DNA from: Carcharhinus longimanus
Lineage: Eukaryota
NCBI GenBank assembly: GCA_030264375.1
Contig: JASCQW010000032.1
Span: 59,874,691 to 59,938,690, forward strand
Length of the DNA: 64,000 nucleotides
Direction of reading: 5' to 3'
This document shows, piece by piece, positions 25,211 to 39,345 of the stretch; position 1 is the stretch's first letter, and each line of letters opens with the position of its first letter. A model generated the notes under the pieces. It was not told the origin of the DNA, did not search any database, and was given only the letters and a program-made list of their open reading frames with translations. The translations under genes and the position numbers were made by a program.

Positions 25211-28009
25211 CACTCTGACTAATAGTTTGGTATCGCACTTGTTATTTTCCTGCTGGACTCTAATTTTGGTTTAAGGGACCCATCCAAACACAGTCAGCAC
25301 CAAAGGTGAACTAAATGCTGGCAGTGATAATTAAGCACGTCAGCTAACATCGCTGGCCCTCGTTTAAGTCGCCAACACAAATCTAACATCTTTTAATAGC
25401 ACCAAATGTTACTTTGTAAAATGCACCCTAATTGGCATTTTTAAAAAAAATAAAACAAGCATTATATGAGGGAGTGGGAGGCACCTTGTACGTTAAAGTT
25501 TGTTAAACACAATGCATCACTATTAATTGAAAAAAAACCTCTAAAAAAGCACAGATTGAGGTTGGACGTGAAGCATCTTTGGGCACTATTGCAAAAAAAA
25601 ACAGAAGTAACATTACAATAGTTGCCAATCGATATTTGAGTGTTTGGCTTAGCGCCGAATTAACATTATTAATGTCCCGTTTTGGAGGCGCCGGTTTCCA
25701 TTCATTTTTCTGCATTTTCAGTAAAAACGTGCATTAGGAACAACACTTCTAGAATTGAAGTTTGAGATACTGTTTTGCGAGACCTTACACGCGCATATAT
25801 ATGTTATATAATGTGTGTGTTATTCAAATATATATCTCTCCGTGTGTTACATAAAGGTACACAATTATTCATTTTCATGTATCCTGCAGGCAAATTGTTT
25901 AATTACATTTTAGTTCCTGCAACAAAGTGGAGAAGGATTAGAGGCAGACGTTTGTTTTATGTTCCAGCTTACTTTTGCTACGTTTGCTTTGCAAACAGGA
26001 TGCCCACAGAGGTTTCTCTAACGAGCTTCGCCTTTGTTGGAAACACATTTCAAACAGAAAATCACAAACTTTTTTTAAAAAGAACTTTTCGTAACGTTGT
26101 CGTTTAGCTGGTGTAAATGGCAGTATTGTTCCCCATATGTGGAGCCAGATGGTTATCAATGCAAGGCCCAAGGTTAATAAACCCTAGGTGATAGTTGCAA
26201 AACAAAACGGCTTTTGGGATAAATTAAGATTGTTCTTTCAATCGGCGAGAGTTGCCTCTTGGCATTTATTTTAAAATGAGAAAACATTTAACAGAAACTT
26301 TTCGACTCTCCAGAAAGATTTCCGATAATAATTTGTCCTTTCAACTGTATTGTCTGATACTCATTCTTTTATCTATAATCGTCTGATATCCGGGTCATCA
26401 GTCACTGGGGAAGCTGCTTCCTCCCAGTCGTGGTGTGTTAGAACATTGTAAATGTTAAACCATTTCCGATTTAATTATTTGTAGTCAAGTTCTAAAAGCA
26501 ATGTGGACTTAACATTTCGCTAAAAAAATAGCGGTCAGAGGGAGAAAATATTGCAGGTACTTTGATTCGCTTCCCCCTTGCAGGCAGAAAAGCTTTCGCC
26601 ATAATTCTTATCCTTACTGTTTTTTCAGTAAAGCAAAATCAAATTAGTGATGGAAGAGAAATGTGAAGCACGTTTAGACAGAAAGAGCGACAAAGATATC
26701 GGAAATACGCTACCCAGTGGTTTGAAGTATTACTTGTCATTAACTGTCCAAATATGCTGAAATGTGGAAATGATGCGATTTAGGAAACGCTGTGATAAAA
26801 TGACACCGGCGTTAGCAATTTTAAGACTACCTATCGCCCAGAAAGGAGGCCTAAACGACGTGTTGAAAGTCACCAATTCTGGTAGAATTTCATTCAATTA
26901 GTGTCAGAAATAAATACTCATTTTACGAGATAATGAAATCTGAAGGGGGGTGGGTGAGGGGCGGGGGCAGCAAGAGGAAGGCTACTTTCCCAGCACAGAT
27001 CTACAATATCTGTAAGCAAGGAAATAACCGCTGCAAAAATACGCCGTAGCAAGAAAAGTCAATATAGTTAGAGTGAAAACGACATATGGAACAGAAGTTG
27101 CCTTTTATTTTCTTCACCCGACCGTCTAACATGTTGGCAAAAAAATGGAAAGTTTATCATCAGTGTAAAATACAATCGAGTTAACCAGAGGAAAATTTTT
27201 AATGATTATCAGGTGTCCACCCACAATTGTAGAATCTCTTCAACACCCGCATCAGGGAGGAATGTTCTCTTTTGATGTAAAGTACGAAACACAGTTATTG
27301 TCTCAAACATAGATATGTATATACAGGAATGACCCCATTATGTTTAATTCTGGTTGGTGCAAGTGAACATAGACTGCAATCAAAAGCCCAAACCTTCCCC
27401 GAACATGAAAATGTGGATTTATAGCGCACTTGTGACAGCGCTAGGAAGGCTCACGAATTAACAACAAAACATTATACAATGAGATTGTGTTGAGGAGTCA
27501 GGTATAACCCCACACCTGTGGAGTAGGGGCGGTTGTTGCCTGGGTGGGAATTGTCTCCAACATTTGCGACCAAAAATGAAAATAACAGGAAACTCCCAAT
27601 TCCCAGAATTGTCTGAAGTCTCTATTTCGCTCAGTTGTTTTTACACGCCAACCAAGCATTTCTGTTTTATCCTTGGCTGGACTCAGACCCTTATTTCCTG
27701 GAGGGCAATAAAATAAAGCATACCGTCATATTTCGGGCACCAAGTCAGATTTGCAGAGTTTTTCCCTTGAAGCACTTCCAACCAGTCAGTGACGCACTGG
27801 TAAATCTGAAACCTGCGCCCCTTCAGCACAATCCCTTAAATTGTAGTGAGGAATTGCCAAATATAGTTAATAAGCAACTCAGTTCTAATTTAGAACTGGG
27901 GAGATTATCGGAGCCTTTGAACTCCCATGGTAAGTGAATATTGGCCTATAGATGGGGGATCTTTTGCGCAAATTCCGATGTTGAGAACCCGCGCGAGCAA
28001 ATTCAAATT

Positions 28010-28023
28010 AGCGCCCTCTAGCT
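28010..28023 (-). promoter_or_regulatory. CTCF-like motif (reverse)
   Basis: Minus strand reads AGCTAGAGGGCGCT. Confidence 0.4.
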
Positions 28024-28222
28024 TTGGCTCTGACCAAACGGGGAAAGTGCCTTATTTCCCCATTACAATTTAATCATATATTGTGTATCACCTGAATGTT
28101 GCTTATTTTAATTATAGAACCGATAAATATAACTTCTTGTTCGAGGAATTAGAAAAATTGTTTAAAATATATTGCGGATTATCCTCTTCTCGCGAATTTT
28201 GCTTTACGAAGCAAAAGTTTAT

Positions 28223-28257
28223 TCATAGAATAAGAATCCCTACAGTGCAGAAAGAGG
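28223..28257 (-). repeat. Short HE1/CR1 3'-tail fragment
   Basis: TCATAGAATAAGAATCCCTACAGTGCAGAAAGAGG resembles the reverse complement of the tail at ~965-1000. Confidence 0.6.
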
Positions 28258-31200
28258 AAAGAATTTGGCCAGCGAAACTTTTATTTTAGCAAGTCACATT
28301 TATCTTGCACAGTGTGAACTGTTGCTTAAAAGAAACACCACGATGGAGTTGCGAATTGTTGGATTTTCTTGAGTTTTGACAAGATAGTGTCCAATGTGTA
28401 AATTGTGTTTGGATTTCATGCGTGCCTCTTTGAAAATCTTTGCCAGCAGCTCCAATTATTACTTAACGCACTACATTACAGTTAAACGCAATACATTAAA
28501 AACTGAAAACCTGCACAGCATGACAAGGCGTGGATTATATATATATCTACCTATAAATAGATAATAATTTCAGTTAAGCCAACATACAATAAGAAATACT
28601 TGAAGGCCCTATTAAGGATAACCATTTCAAAGAATCGAACGAAACTCATCATAGTTCTGCAGAACAACATTTATTTTATTGCGTTTAAACAATAGGCAAC
28701 TAATTCTATTCTATATATGTACATCCATACATATGCATATCGTAAGCTTATTTTTGCCCTGGTTTAATATTAAATAGGGAACATAATGTTACGCCGCATC
28801 ATGTTATCTTAACATATTCTTGGGAAATGAAAACTAGTGTTTAATTTTACTTTCCCTTCCCCATGCATCAAATTTATTGTTACATTGATACAAAAAAGAA
28901 TAATTTCTGATTAACGTTAATGCAAATAACGCTCATGAGTGTGAAGTGAGTCCTATACGTTTCTTAGTTTAAAAATTGTTACTTTGTGGAAAGTAAAATT
29001 AAACAGGGCTAATGTGATATACAATGCTGTTTTACTTGAGTTGTTCAGGAGGGATCTACACGCAGAATAATTCCCACCAAACAGTTTTGAGAACAGGACG
29101 CAAAATTTAGTTCAAGCGTGTTATTTCGACAGAAGTATTCAGCATCGATTTGAAAGGAATAACTGTATTGGTTAAATTTCGGTAGCCACGTCACTCGGTG
29201 CATTGTACTGTAAACTTTTACACGATGACACAGGACAGATAAAGTGAAAATATCCTATTATCGTGTAGCCTGTATTCTGGAACCTCCTAGTGGCGTTAAA
29301 AAAAGAAGCATGTTATCGTCGATGTTGTTATATGATGTTATATTGAGCGAAACTCATCTTCCGTGCTCTGAATAATATAAATTACTTGCCACTTTGACTG
29401 GCGGAGGAGACATTCTTTGACGTGGCCGCGGAAAAAAAAATAAAGTTGCGTGTTCCGTGAACTGTATCTGCAGGCATAATAGTTGTAATATTTTTGTAAT
29501 GTTTTAATAAAACACCAAGACATCTTATAGATAGTAGGAATATTTATAAATGGGCACATAACAAATCAAGAATTGAGATATGTATGTTGATACATACATG
29601 CATGAAGGCTTTTTCCTATATCTGTGCACACTTTCGGCACATCTGAAGAACATATGTAGACTTCTACTACATTCATATTACTGTGTCAGAATAGCGCACT
29701 CCCAACACATTCCACTCAAACACTTAAGTTGAGATGATATTCATTATTTACTATGCTACCATTATGTCCGACCAGATTATATTTAAACGTCCCCTTTCAT
29801 AATGGTTGATATTAATGTGAATGGACACACCACGCTGCACAGATTGAATGTAAAACGGGAAGGGAGGGTATTTATTTTCCACCATTGGCAGGTACCTGTT
29901 AGGAGTCGCGCCTGTGCCACTCTTATAAGCCGCCCTGGAGGGTCGCATCTTCTGTCCTCTGTCAGTTACCCTGTCGTCTGTGCCCCTATCCCGGAATCAT
30001 ATCGGGAGCGAGGGAGAGGCGGAAAGCCGACTTGCCCTTTGGGGGGTCAGAGAACAGATTCTGGAGAGCCAGGATACATTAACAGAACATACTGTATCTG
30101 ATCTTATCAGCCTTATGTCTGTGTGTTATAGACAGAGAGAAAGAGGGCCAATAGCTCTTCCTTACAAAAATGAATGCGACATATAAAAATAGTGGAAAGA
30201 TTGAAGAGTTTGATAATCATCACCTTGCATATTTTATTTCTGGGGTTAAGGAGGAATGATGCACATTTTGCACACGTCTTGAGAACAGTGGGTGAAACTA
30301 TACAAAAAACGTTAAAGTGAATAACAAGTGGATTTGTTTTGTTGGTATATTAATTATTTCCTTTGATGCCCCCAATGAAATTAGTAGAGCTGACGCATAT
30401 CTGTAAAATTAGAATATTTGATTCCAATGTAGGTTTAGTGTCTAATATAATCGAAATATTTGTGGTTTAATCGCGTGTTACTGTAAATGGCAGGATTTCC
30501 GACTGGCTTTCGAGCTACCGAAAGGATTCAGTTTAAACTAAAGTTACCGACTTGATGTTTGTTGTATTCTGTGCGATAAGGCATATGCAATCTCAACCTC
30601 ACCATGTCGTGCGGGGCACATCAATAATATAACTGCTGCAATTACAGCCCCTCCTGAACTGAATAAACTACTAAATCTTAAGGATTCCGTAGGTCAGTCA
30701 GTGTTACCCAATAGGGAAAGGTGAACAAACACGCTTTTATGCATCCATTTTGTATCATGACACACATAAATGCTGCGTGGTTAAACGCACTTTTAATGAA
30801 GTTTCCCCGCTCCCATTCAAGCAATGCATCACTTCTCCATTATTGTATTCTGGAGCTGTGGAAAAGCAGTCTCGAACCTTGACTCAACTTTCACCCTTGT
30901 ATATAAACACATTTCAATCTGGCTTGTTATTTTCTCAGCTTTCTCCAAAGATACTTCTTGCACACCTAGTTTATGAGAGTATATTCATGGCTGCACTGAA
31001 TTGTACACAGTTTCCAGATATTATGCCAAGTTACCATTTCGAGGACAGGGGCTGGGACACTACTAACTACTTATGCTGCTCACATGAACAGTCGTCATAT
31101 AAATCAAGTTTTCCCCATCTCTTGTAAACTTGTTAGTACGATATATCATTTAGTATTGTTATAGCACTTATATGATCACATAATGTTACCAAGGATCAGA

Positions 31201-34200
31201 ACTTCGTTCAGTTTAATCTAATATCTCAGCTTCACTTATTGAACCTGTTTCTTTTCGTGATGATTCACGACATGATAACAGGAAAGCAACATTGCAAGCA
31301 ACTTCGATTTGTTTCCCACAGTAACTGTAAATAAAAGCATAGTTAAAATTAATATTATGTCTCTCGACATTATCCTCCAATACTGTAACTGAGTAAAACA
31401 GATCTATATTGATAACATTACTTAGCAAAATCCTGGGGAAATCGTGTCTGTGAAAAGATAGAAGTGAGCTTCAGTTCACCTTACTATTGCATCCCAATGC
31501 CTGACTTTAGAGTCCAGTTGTTTGCAGACTACTTTTTTATTCCCGAGAAATTTCATCGATAAAATTTCAAATGGTACAAAAAAATTAGGATTATATCTGG
31601 AACTAAAAGGTTCCTCGGTCGATTGGAATAAAGTCGTGTTTATTATTTTTTTCGTTCATATTAGCTGCTTTTGCTCAGTGAAGCAGATGAAAGGCTATTC
31701 TGCTGGAAATCGTGCTCCAATAATTTTCCACATGCTCGGCAGCTGTATGTCTGTCCGATATCATCAACTTTTAAAATCGCAGAATAATAGTCCACATTAC
31801 TTAGAATTCCCCAGTCATCATTAATTAGCCAAAACAACATGGGAGAGATCTAAATGATCACTTCAAATTACAGATTTTCACGTACACTAAAATAGTTTTA
31901 GAAACATTATTCTTCTAAAAGGGTTACACGGGCAATACAGAAGTAAGCATAAAGTCACTTAATTGACCAGCGGTCATTGCATTTGTTATTTGATTGCATA
32001 TTGGTAACTTAGAGGAAATAGATTAAGCAGTGCACCGCAATAGTGATTCCAGTTTTTCAACAAACCAAACACAATATTACTCTACAAGTAACTAATCCGC
32101 CTGTAAAATATGGAACGTCATCTCAAAGCAAGAATCACGATTTGTCTCTTTTAAATTATAACAATAACAAAAAATAAATACAAATTCGACGGTCATCAAT
32201 AGAATAATTATCTGTTACAGAAATGTTCGAATCTGATAGGAACCAATGGAAACAAAAAACAACTTTTTTATTTTAAAAATTCTATGTCATTCAAACTTTG
32301 TGTCAAACTTTACTTTTGGAATTCTGCCCGTCACCCTTTCAGGGCAAAGTGTGTTGTGAAAGTCTCCAAGTTCACATGCAATCCTGATTCTTTTTTTAAC
32401 CATCAAGCTACTTATCCAATATTAAATAAGTCATATGTTCCTTCCAAAAAAATGGGATTACCTCATTTGTGGAAAGGAGCGCTGTGAAGAGATGCAGAAG
32501 TTTTGTTGCAGAGAGACTTACAATGAGAAATATTTTACCTTGCATTAGCACCAGTTTCGCCAGTAACAGTTTCTTTTATACAATGGATTTCTCAACGACA
32601 AAGGAAAGAGGTACAAAGTCTTGGTACATACTGTTAGGGAATGTGGTATTCATTAATTTTTTTTACTGGGCGTATAGGCAGTTCAGAAGATACAAATCAG
32701 AACAGCTAACCCACTTAACTAAGATTAGTGGATTGATCAATTGCATATAGAATTTCATAAACTTAAAGAAAAATATTAGGACAAAATAAAAGCTGCCACC
32801 CTACAACACATGGTGACACGACAAAACTTTTTTTTAAAAAAAGCTGCAAAATTAAGACGAAAAACTTTTCCGTAGCAAAAATATATCGAAACAGGTCATA
32901 AATCACTATCCCACCCGAACATGTTTGGTTAAGCAGACGCAGAAACGAATGGGCATCATCTTACCAAATGCAGACTCGAGAAGAGTAATTACTGACCAGG
33001 ACAAAGTGGTCCATGAATATACATGTGATTCTGCACAAAGGGAGAAAAAGTATTACTAATAATTTTCCACGACAGTTGTATATGGTGACATGCCCCGAGG
33101 TGACCCTTGACTTGCCACGTGAAATTCGCTACACAAATTAAGAACATTTAAAAGTCAGATTTCAGAAACAAATATTTCAACAAATACCATTATTATGATA
33201 CAAACTGCACCCTTTGCCATATATTGGTAGTATCATAGTGGGGACAGAAAGTAAGGGTTCAGGGGTAAAGTAAGTTATGCATAATTTGAAATCTAAATCT
33301 GGGAGAAAATAAAATCTGCAGAACCTTTGCATTTGTCAGTGTTTTCTGCATAGAGGATATATGGGGGAGTGATCTTAACGAAAATCAATTTAATTTCAAA
33401 CTTTTATAAAACAATGGAAAGCGCAACTTCTTTCCGCGCGAATACATTTCTAACTTTTCAAAATTGCGTTTTGGTGGAGACTGATCAGGGCGTTTATTTT
33501 TAAATAAGATACATTAAACTTTGACTTGTGTTCAAGTCATGCAGTGGAATCGATACTATTTTCCGTAAACATTTTCATTGGCTACATTGCAGTTAAGTTG
33601 TAAACAACTAATTAAATGGCCTTTCATTAGTATAAAGACAAAACTTGCGTAGGACGGAGAAAAAGTGCAATAAGGCTTTTGTTCAAATTGTCTCTTTGGC
33701 CTAGTGCATGGTCTTAGTTTTCGCAGACTAGATGAAAAATATGTTTAATTGTTGGTCATCAGTTGACTTTCTAAACATACTGTCCAGAGTGTTGCAATTG
33801 ACACGGTTGAATGCTATCTTAATATTATATTTTTGTAAATGAGAATCAGACGTCTCTGAAAAAGTCCTTAACTCGATAAGCAAATCCTTGAGTATTCTAA
33901 GTGTATATTGCCTTTCTTAGACATTTCATACATGACCTATATATAGCTTCAACTTTATTGATCTACAAACACAATATCAAGTTCGACCATGCACCTAAAT
34001 AGGGCATGCTCCGGAAATAAATACAATGGATTGATTATTTCACAGAAGAACTACTTAGCATTAAAAAATCATATCATAACTTCAACATTCAAATAAAAAT
34101 GTATCGTTGTACTTGATATAATTATGCGAGGTATTCTAAATCTATAACTACATAACTATGATGGAGAAAAACGTAATTTCATCGCCCAGTAACCTTTTAT

Positions 34201-37200
34201 AAAACGTGAGGCATCTGACAAATGTACACGTATCGTATTGTAGGTTTAGTGTATGTTTGGAAAATCAGAACATCTTGTTTTTGGAATTAAAATTGTTATT
34301 TATTTTCGCAATAAACGCAATATGTGGGACTAAACATTTCCTTAGTTTAGAACAGGATAACACAGGAAATCAGTAAAATAACATGGGCGGACGATTTATA
34401 ACATACGGACACACAATATTAAGCACACGCAAAATAATTATTGAATTCACCTGACCCTTCAAGCATTTCATTACAATCTAGGCCATTTTAAATGAATCAA
34501 TGCATATGCACTTTTTGTGGTTGAATATAGTTTAAGTCTTTAAGCCGGCATGATGTTTGCAGTTTAGACTACGAATTGGTGATGAGGTTTATTATTGCTC
34601 GTCGGTTACTGCAGTGAACTACGCGAGTAAAAGTGCGAGTGTATATAGCACCTGTACATCACTGAGTGATCTGTGTACATGGTCAAGTGAATAAACAATT
34701 TTGATAGCCATATTTAATACCGGTACCAAGATGAATAGGGGTACAGTGTACAGAAGTATCACAAACTTGCAAACTTTTCTTATTCTTGCACATCTTGTTT
34801 TTTTCCAAACTTTTTTTACAGCGTGCAGTCATATATGAAAAATAGCTTTTATCTTTACTCTCAATTATCTTTACCCCCGCCGACAGTTTCTTGATATAAA
34901 CAGCATTGACTAGATCTTACACTCCATTTACATTTGCTTCAGTTCACCGATTATCAGCAATGTACCCAAAACTGTTCAGAGTAAACAATTGAACCCGGTG
35001 GATGCATGTAGATCCCCAGTTACTAAATGAGAACCAATGAAGAGAATGAATTTTAGCTCCCAGGGAAATGGAATAGGATTTCTATGGATGGTTTGCAAGC
35101 ATTTTGCCAATAACCTCATGTCTTAGTGTTAACTTTATTTGTTTTTTTTTGAGAAAACAAAACTGCAAAGGAAAACGTTTCACTTCAACTATACACTCCT
35201 GCAATTTCAAGGGCCGAGGGAGAATTTCTCCTGAAGGGATTTGAATTGTATTGTTGTCATAATCATTTGCAGTCTTGTTGTTTCATGACGGATGGTTCTA
35301 TAAGGGAGGCCCCCGTGATAACATTCCAAGACAATCTTCGTGCATTACAGCCACGTTTAAAACAAAACTAAATCCAGGGACGAATTTGAAACAAGAAAAC
35401 AACAGAGATTAATTCAACGCAGGAAGTCACTGGAATAATGATCAAAAGTGGATTCAGAATCAAAATGAAAGGGGGCTTGATAGGTGTGTAAGGAAGGTCT
35501 AATCGGGATGAAGGTCTCCTTCATCATCTCATCTCATCAGTTTGTGGGACATTTATGTTGCTGATGAGGCAGCTCAGCCGGTTTGTAGCAGGAATGCATC
35601 TTTTGGATGCCATGTGCAGTGCATATGTTCAAGTACTTCTGAAGTGATTCCAAAGCTCAGGCCGCTTCCAGACAATTGTTTATTAGATGCGAGGAAAGAG
35701 ACATAATAAATGGCTCAAACAATTATAAAAATCACGTTCCCCTGTGACAGTTGAAAATAAATCCTCATAATTCAATCCCTTGTTATTAATCACTAATCAC
35801 TATGTTTAAAAAGACTTGCAATACTTTAGCAAACATAAAATATTACAGAACTTTAAAAATATTCTGCCATCATGTGTTGCTATCAAAATGCTCATAACAA
35901 CATTGTTTACAGTCAGACTTGGGGGAAGGAAGTCAAACTTCCTACGGAATATTGTAAAGCATACTTCAGTATAAAACGTCTAAAGCAACAATGGTCAAGC
36001 TGGTACCAATAGCACAGCACATTATATCACGAATGGGTTGCTGGTTTGCCTGATTTCCCACACACTGACCGCAGAAAATCTGAGGAGACACACGTGGAGA
36101 TCAAATACTTTCCTTACAATGGCTGAGCACAAGAAAGTCAGTCAATCCAGGTAAATTCTCTCATGTATTACACGTGCTAGCAGTAAGGCTGCAATAGCAC
36201 CTTTTGAGGCGCTGACCTGATTGCCGATTTAGTCAAGAATGACACCTAATTTGAGATGAAGCTGTAGGAAGTGGGTAAAAAGTACCAATTCATAGGAAAG
36301 AAAATTATATATATTTTGAAGAATCATATCAACATGTTTCACTTTTAAGCTTAAAAAAATTCATTCATTTTTTAAAATTGTCGTTATTTTGCGCCACACT
36401 TATTTAAGAACCGAACCTTTAATCCAATTAAAATACAGGAGGTAGCTCTTTGATTCTATATTCTTCTCCACTGTGTAAAAACAGCACTGATGGGGAAGCT
36501 TTTTGCCTTCTGCAAATTAACAATACATATCAATAATTGTTGAATCCACAGACATGAAACCAACATAAGATACTGGAGGATGAAATACATTTTTTCATGG
36601 TGCAGCCAGATAGGAGAATCAGATTCATAGAGAAAAAATGCTGCAGTGGTTACCAGCTTTGGAAGAAGCAACAAGAGCATACATGTCATCACTATACTCG
36701 GTACATAACCTACTAACTAGGCTGCCAGTGGACAAACAGTGGTAGTAAATATTCTTAAACTCTGACCACATTATTCAACTCTTAATAGCATTACACATGC
36801 TTGAGAACACATGATGAACCTAGTAATATACATGGAGTTGTATTTCTAAGTGGTGTAACTTGTAACTAGTGGTTATGGTTGATATATTGGACTATGTAGT
36901 TTATGTAAAATCTAACTAACATGCAAATTTATTCATATCACAGTTTAACAAGGCAGTGTGCAAGGAGCGGCAGTGTAGTGAAATAGGTAAAGATGAGTGG
37001 GCCATTTGCTGCTTTATATTCAAGTTGTGATCACTTAATGGCACAGGAATTAATATCTCTTATCCCTTTCCATCAGTTCTGCAAAGTCTCTGATCATTCT
37101 ATTTTCACGATTTTGCTGGACTTTTCTATCATATTTCACTTTCTGTGGTTAATTTCAAAATGTATAATGTTTTGCTTTTAAATTTCTCATGGAACTCTTA

Positions 37201-38299
37201 TTTGCTATTCCACAACTTTCCTTCCCTTTCTGTACAATATTGTAATGAATCTTCACTGTTCTCTTTAATATAGTGCTGTGGGGGGGACGTTGGGGGATTT
37301 TTTTTGCACTTTCGTATGTCTGTTTATACTTTGGCTTTTCCTCTACTCATTTTTTGGAACTTAGTCTCAAATAAAGAGAAACAAAAACACAAAAAAAGGG
37401 GAAATAACAGGCTAAGGAGATCCAAGAATAATAAAATGAAGGAATAAGCAGGGGATAATTGTAGAAATATAAAATAGCCAAAAATAGAAATGTATAGAAC
37501 AGAAGGAGGAAGATTATTAACAGCAGCATTGAATGGAATTGTAAAAGAGAAAGAAAAAAATAAAGTTGAAGTGCAAGTGTTGACTGAGAAGGGTCACACA
37601 TTTTCTAATGGCTCAATATAAACACACTTTGGTAGTTGCAGGGAGCCTTTCAGCCACTGAATGCTACTATAGTGCACAGTGTGGATTCACGAAGGGAAAA
37701 AGGCAACTTTTACAGGATATGTAAAGAAGAACTCAAAGAAAGAAGCAAGTGATGAAAATAAAACAATAGGGAAAGAAAGAGGAAATGTGAAAGAAGCATG
37801 AATAAAGAATTAACAAATACATAGGAAGACAAAAGTACAGAATCATGAGAATCATGAAAGTTAAAATAACATTACGAAGAAGAAAGAGCCAAAAATTAAA
37901 CTGTCAGCTGCAGGCTATCTCTACAATATTCTGACTTTGATCCCCTGCAACTTGAAGTGATTTGCTGCGCACATGTACTTCACATAATTTTCTTTAGCAA
38001 TAGCATTAATTCAACAATACATGCAGTATATATTACAGGAACAGCCCAAAATGGGGTACATTAATTACCATGATGAGAGAAAAAGTAATTCAGAGGAGAT
38101 TGCCTACAGGTCTTGTTTATAAATCTACATTTAAACAGTGAAACAAGATATTAACGACAAAATGCTTGTGTAAACTTGAAAACCTTTGTTGTAAGATACC
38201 TTGGTCTAAATGTTGTTTGACTGTTGTTCCACAATTAAACTGATACATGTGCTGGTGAATTTATACAATGTAATTTCAGCAATTTGTTCTTTTTCTCGT

Positions 38300-38580
38300 T
38301 TTTCTAATTTTTTTCAGCTCCTCTTTTGAAGGAGTCGACCTTTACTTTGGTATGCCTTCAATAATTCACCAAATTGCCCATTTTCCTACTGTGAGCTGAA
38401 TAGTGAATGTCAGCAATCTATTCAGTTGTGGGCGTTAGTGCAGCCTGCTTCATACAGCATCCACACTTTTTCCAGAAAGGATTCCTTAGATGGTGATTAG
38501 GATTGAAGACCCTGGCTGATATTATCCCTCCTTCAGGCAAAGCTCTGTAGCCAAATGTATTGTCCAAATTCTGCCACTAC
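38300..38580. repeat. Ancient interspersed repeat (unclassified, SINE-like)
   Basis: Resembles a recalled shark dispersed repeat (...CACTTTTTCCAGAAAGG...CCCTGGCTGAT...); family not identified. Confidence 0.35.
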
Positions 38581-38944
38581 ATGATCAACAAACTCTGATT
38601 TGTGAATTAACTTCAGGTGGCTTAACATTTTTTAACATTTCCTTGAAGGAGCAAAAATAGGTAGATAACTTCTGAAAGGTTCAGGCATTTCTGTGGAGAA
38701 GGAATACAGCTTGTGGTGATTATGCAGTTTATGGTAATTTCTTGCATTCGAGCTTGAGTGCATCTAGTGAAGTGATCCTTTTCAATTCACTTTGGTCATT
38801 TTTGAGGGTTCTTACAAAGGTTTTCATACATTTCAGTTTGTCCAAGCATTCAATTGCTAGCATTTCTGTATTTCATTTTTTTTTAATAGAAACAGCCGCA
38901 ATATTATACCTGGCCACTTGGTTTAGTTTATGATAGTTAAAATA

Positions 38945-39345
38945 TTCCCATGGCTCAGTACATTGTCTACCTTTGGGCCATGGATTTGATTGCAGTCTAA
39001 ACCGATGGGATGAAAATCGCTTCTCAATGCTAGCTATAACATTCATATATAAAAATTAATTCCCATCGACATTGAATCCTCAGCACATCTCTACCCGCCA
39101 TTTTTACACAAATTAACAATCTCATAGGAATGGCGAGGATTACTACAGGAAATGAAAGAAAGAAAACAAACACTGGTGGGGGGATGGGGTGCTCTTGTAA
39201 GATTGGGGCTAAAACAAAATGCAGCAGAATAGAGGAAGCTTTATTCTATATACGATTTGTGTTGTTTCTGACGTGGAAATTTTGAAGGCTGATATGGAAT
39301 ACTAAAATTGTGAAGAGATCAATCAGGAGCACTGAATTTGCACCT
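38945..39345 (+). mobile_element. LF-SINE-like element (degenerate, near full length)
   Basis: Homologous to the 49270-49460 copy (GATGGGATGAAAAT); 3' motifs GAGGAAGCTT and GAGCACTGAATTTGCAC resemble the recalled LF-SINE 3' end. Confidence 0.45.

Noticed and set aside
37347-37900. Hydrophobic minus-strand ORF in a purine/A-rich tract
   Set aside because: Low-complexity composition explains the Leu/Phe-rich translation
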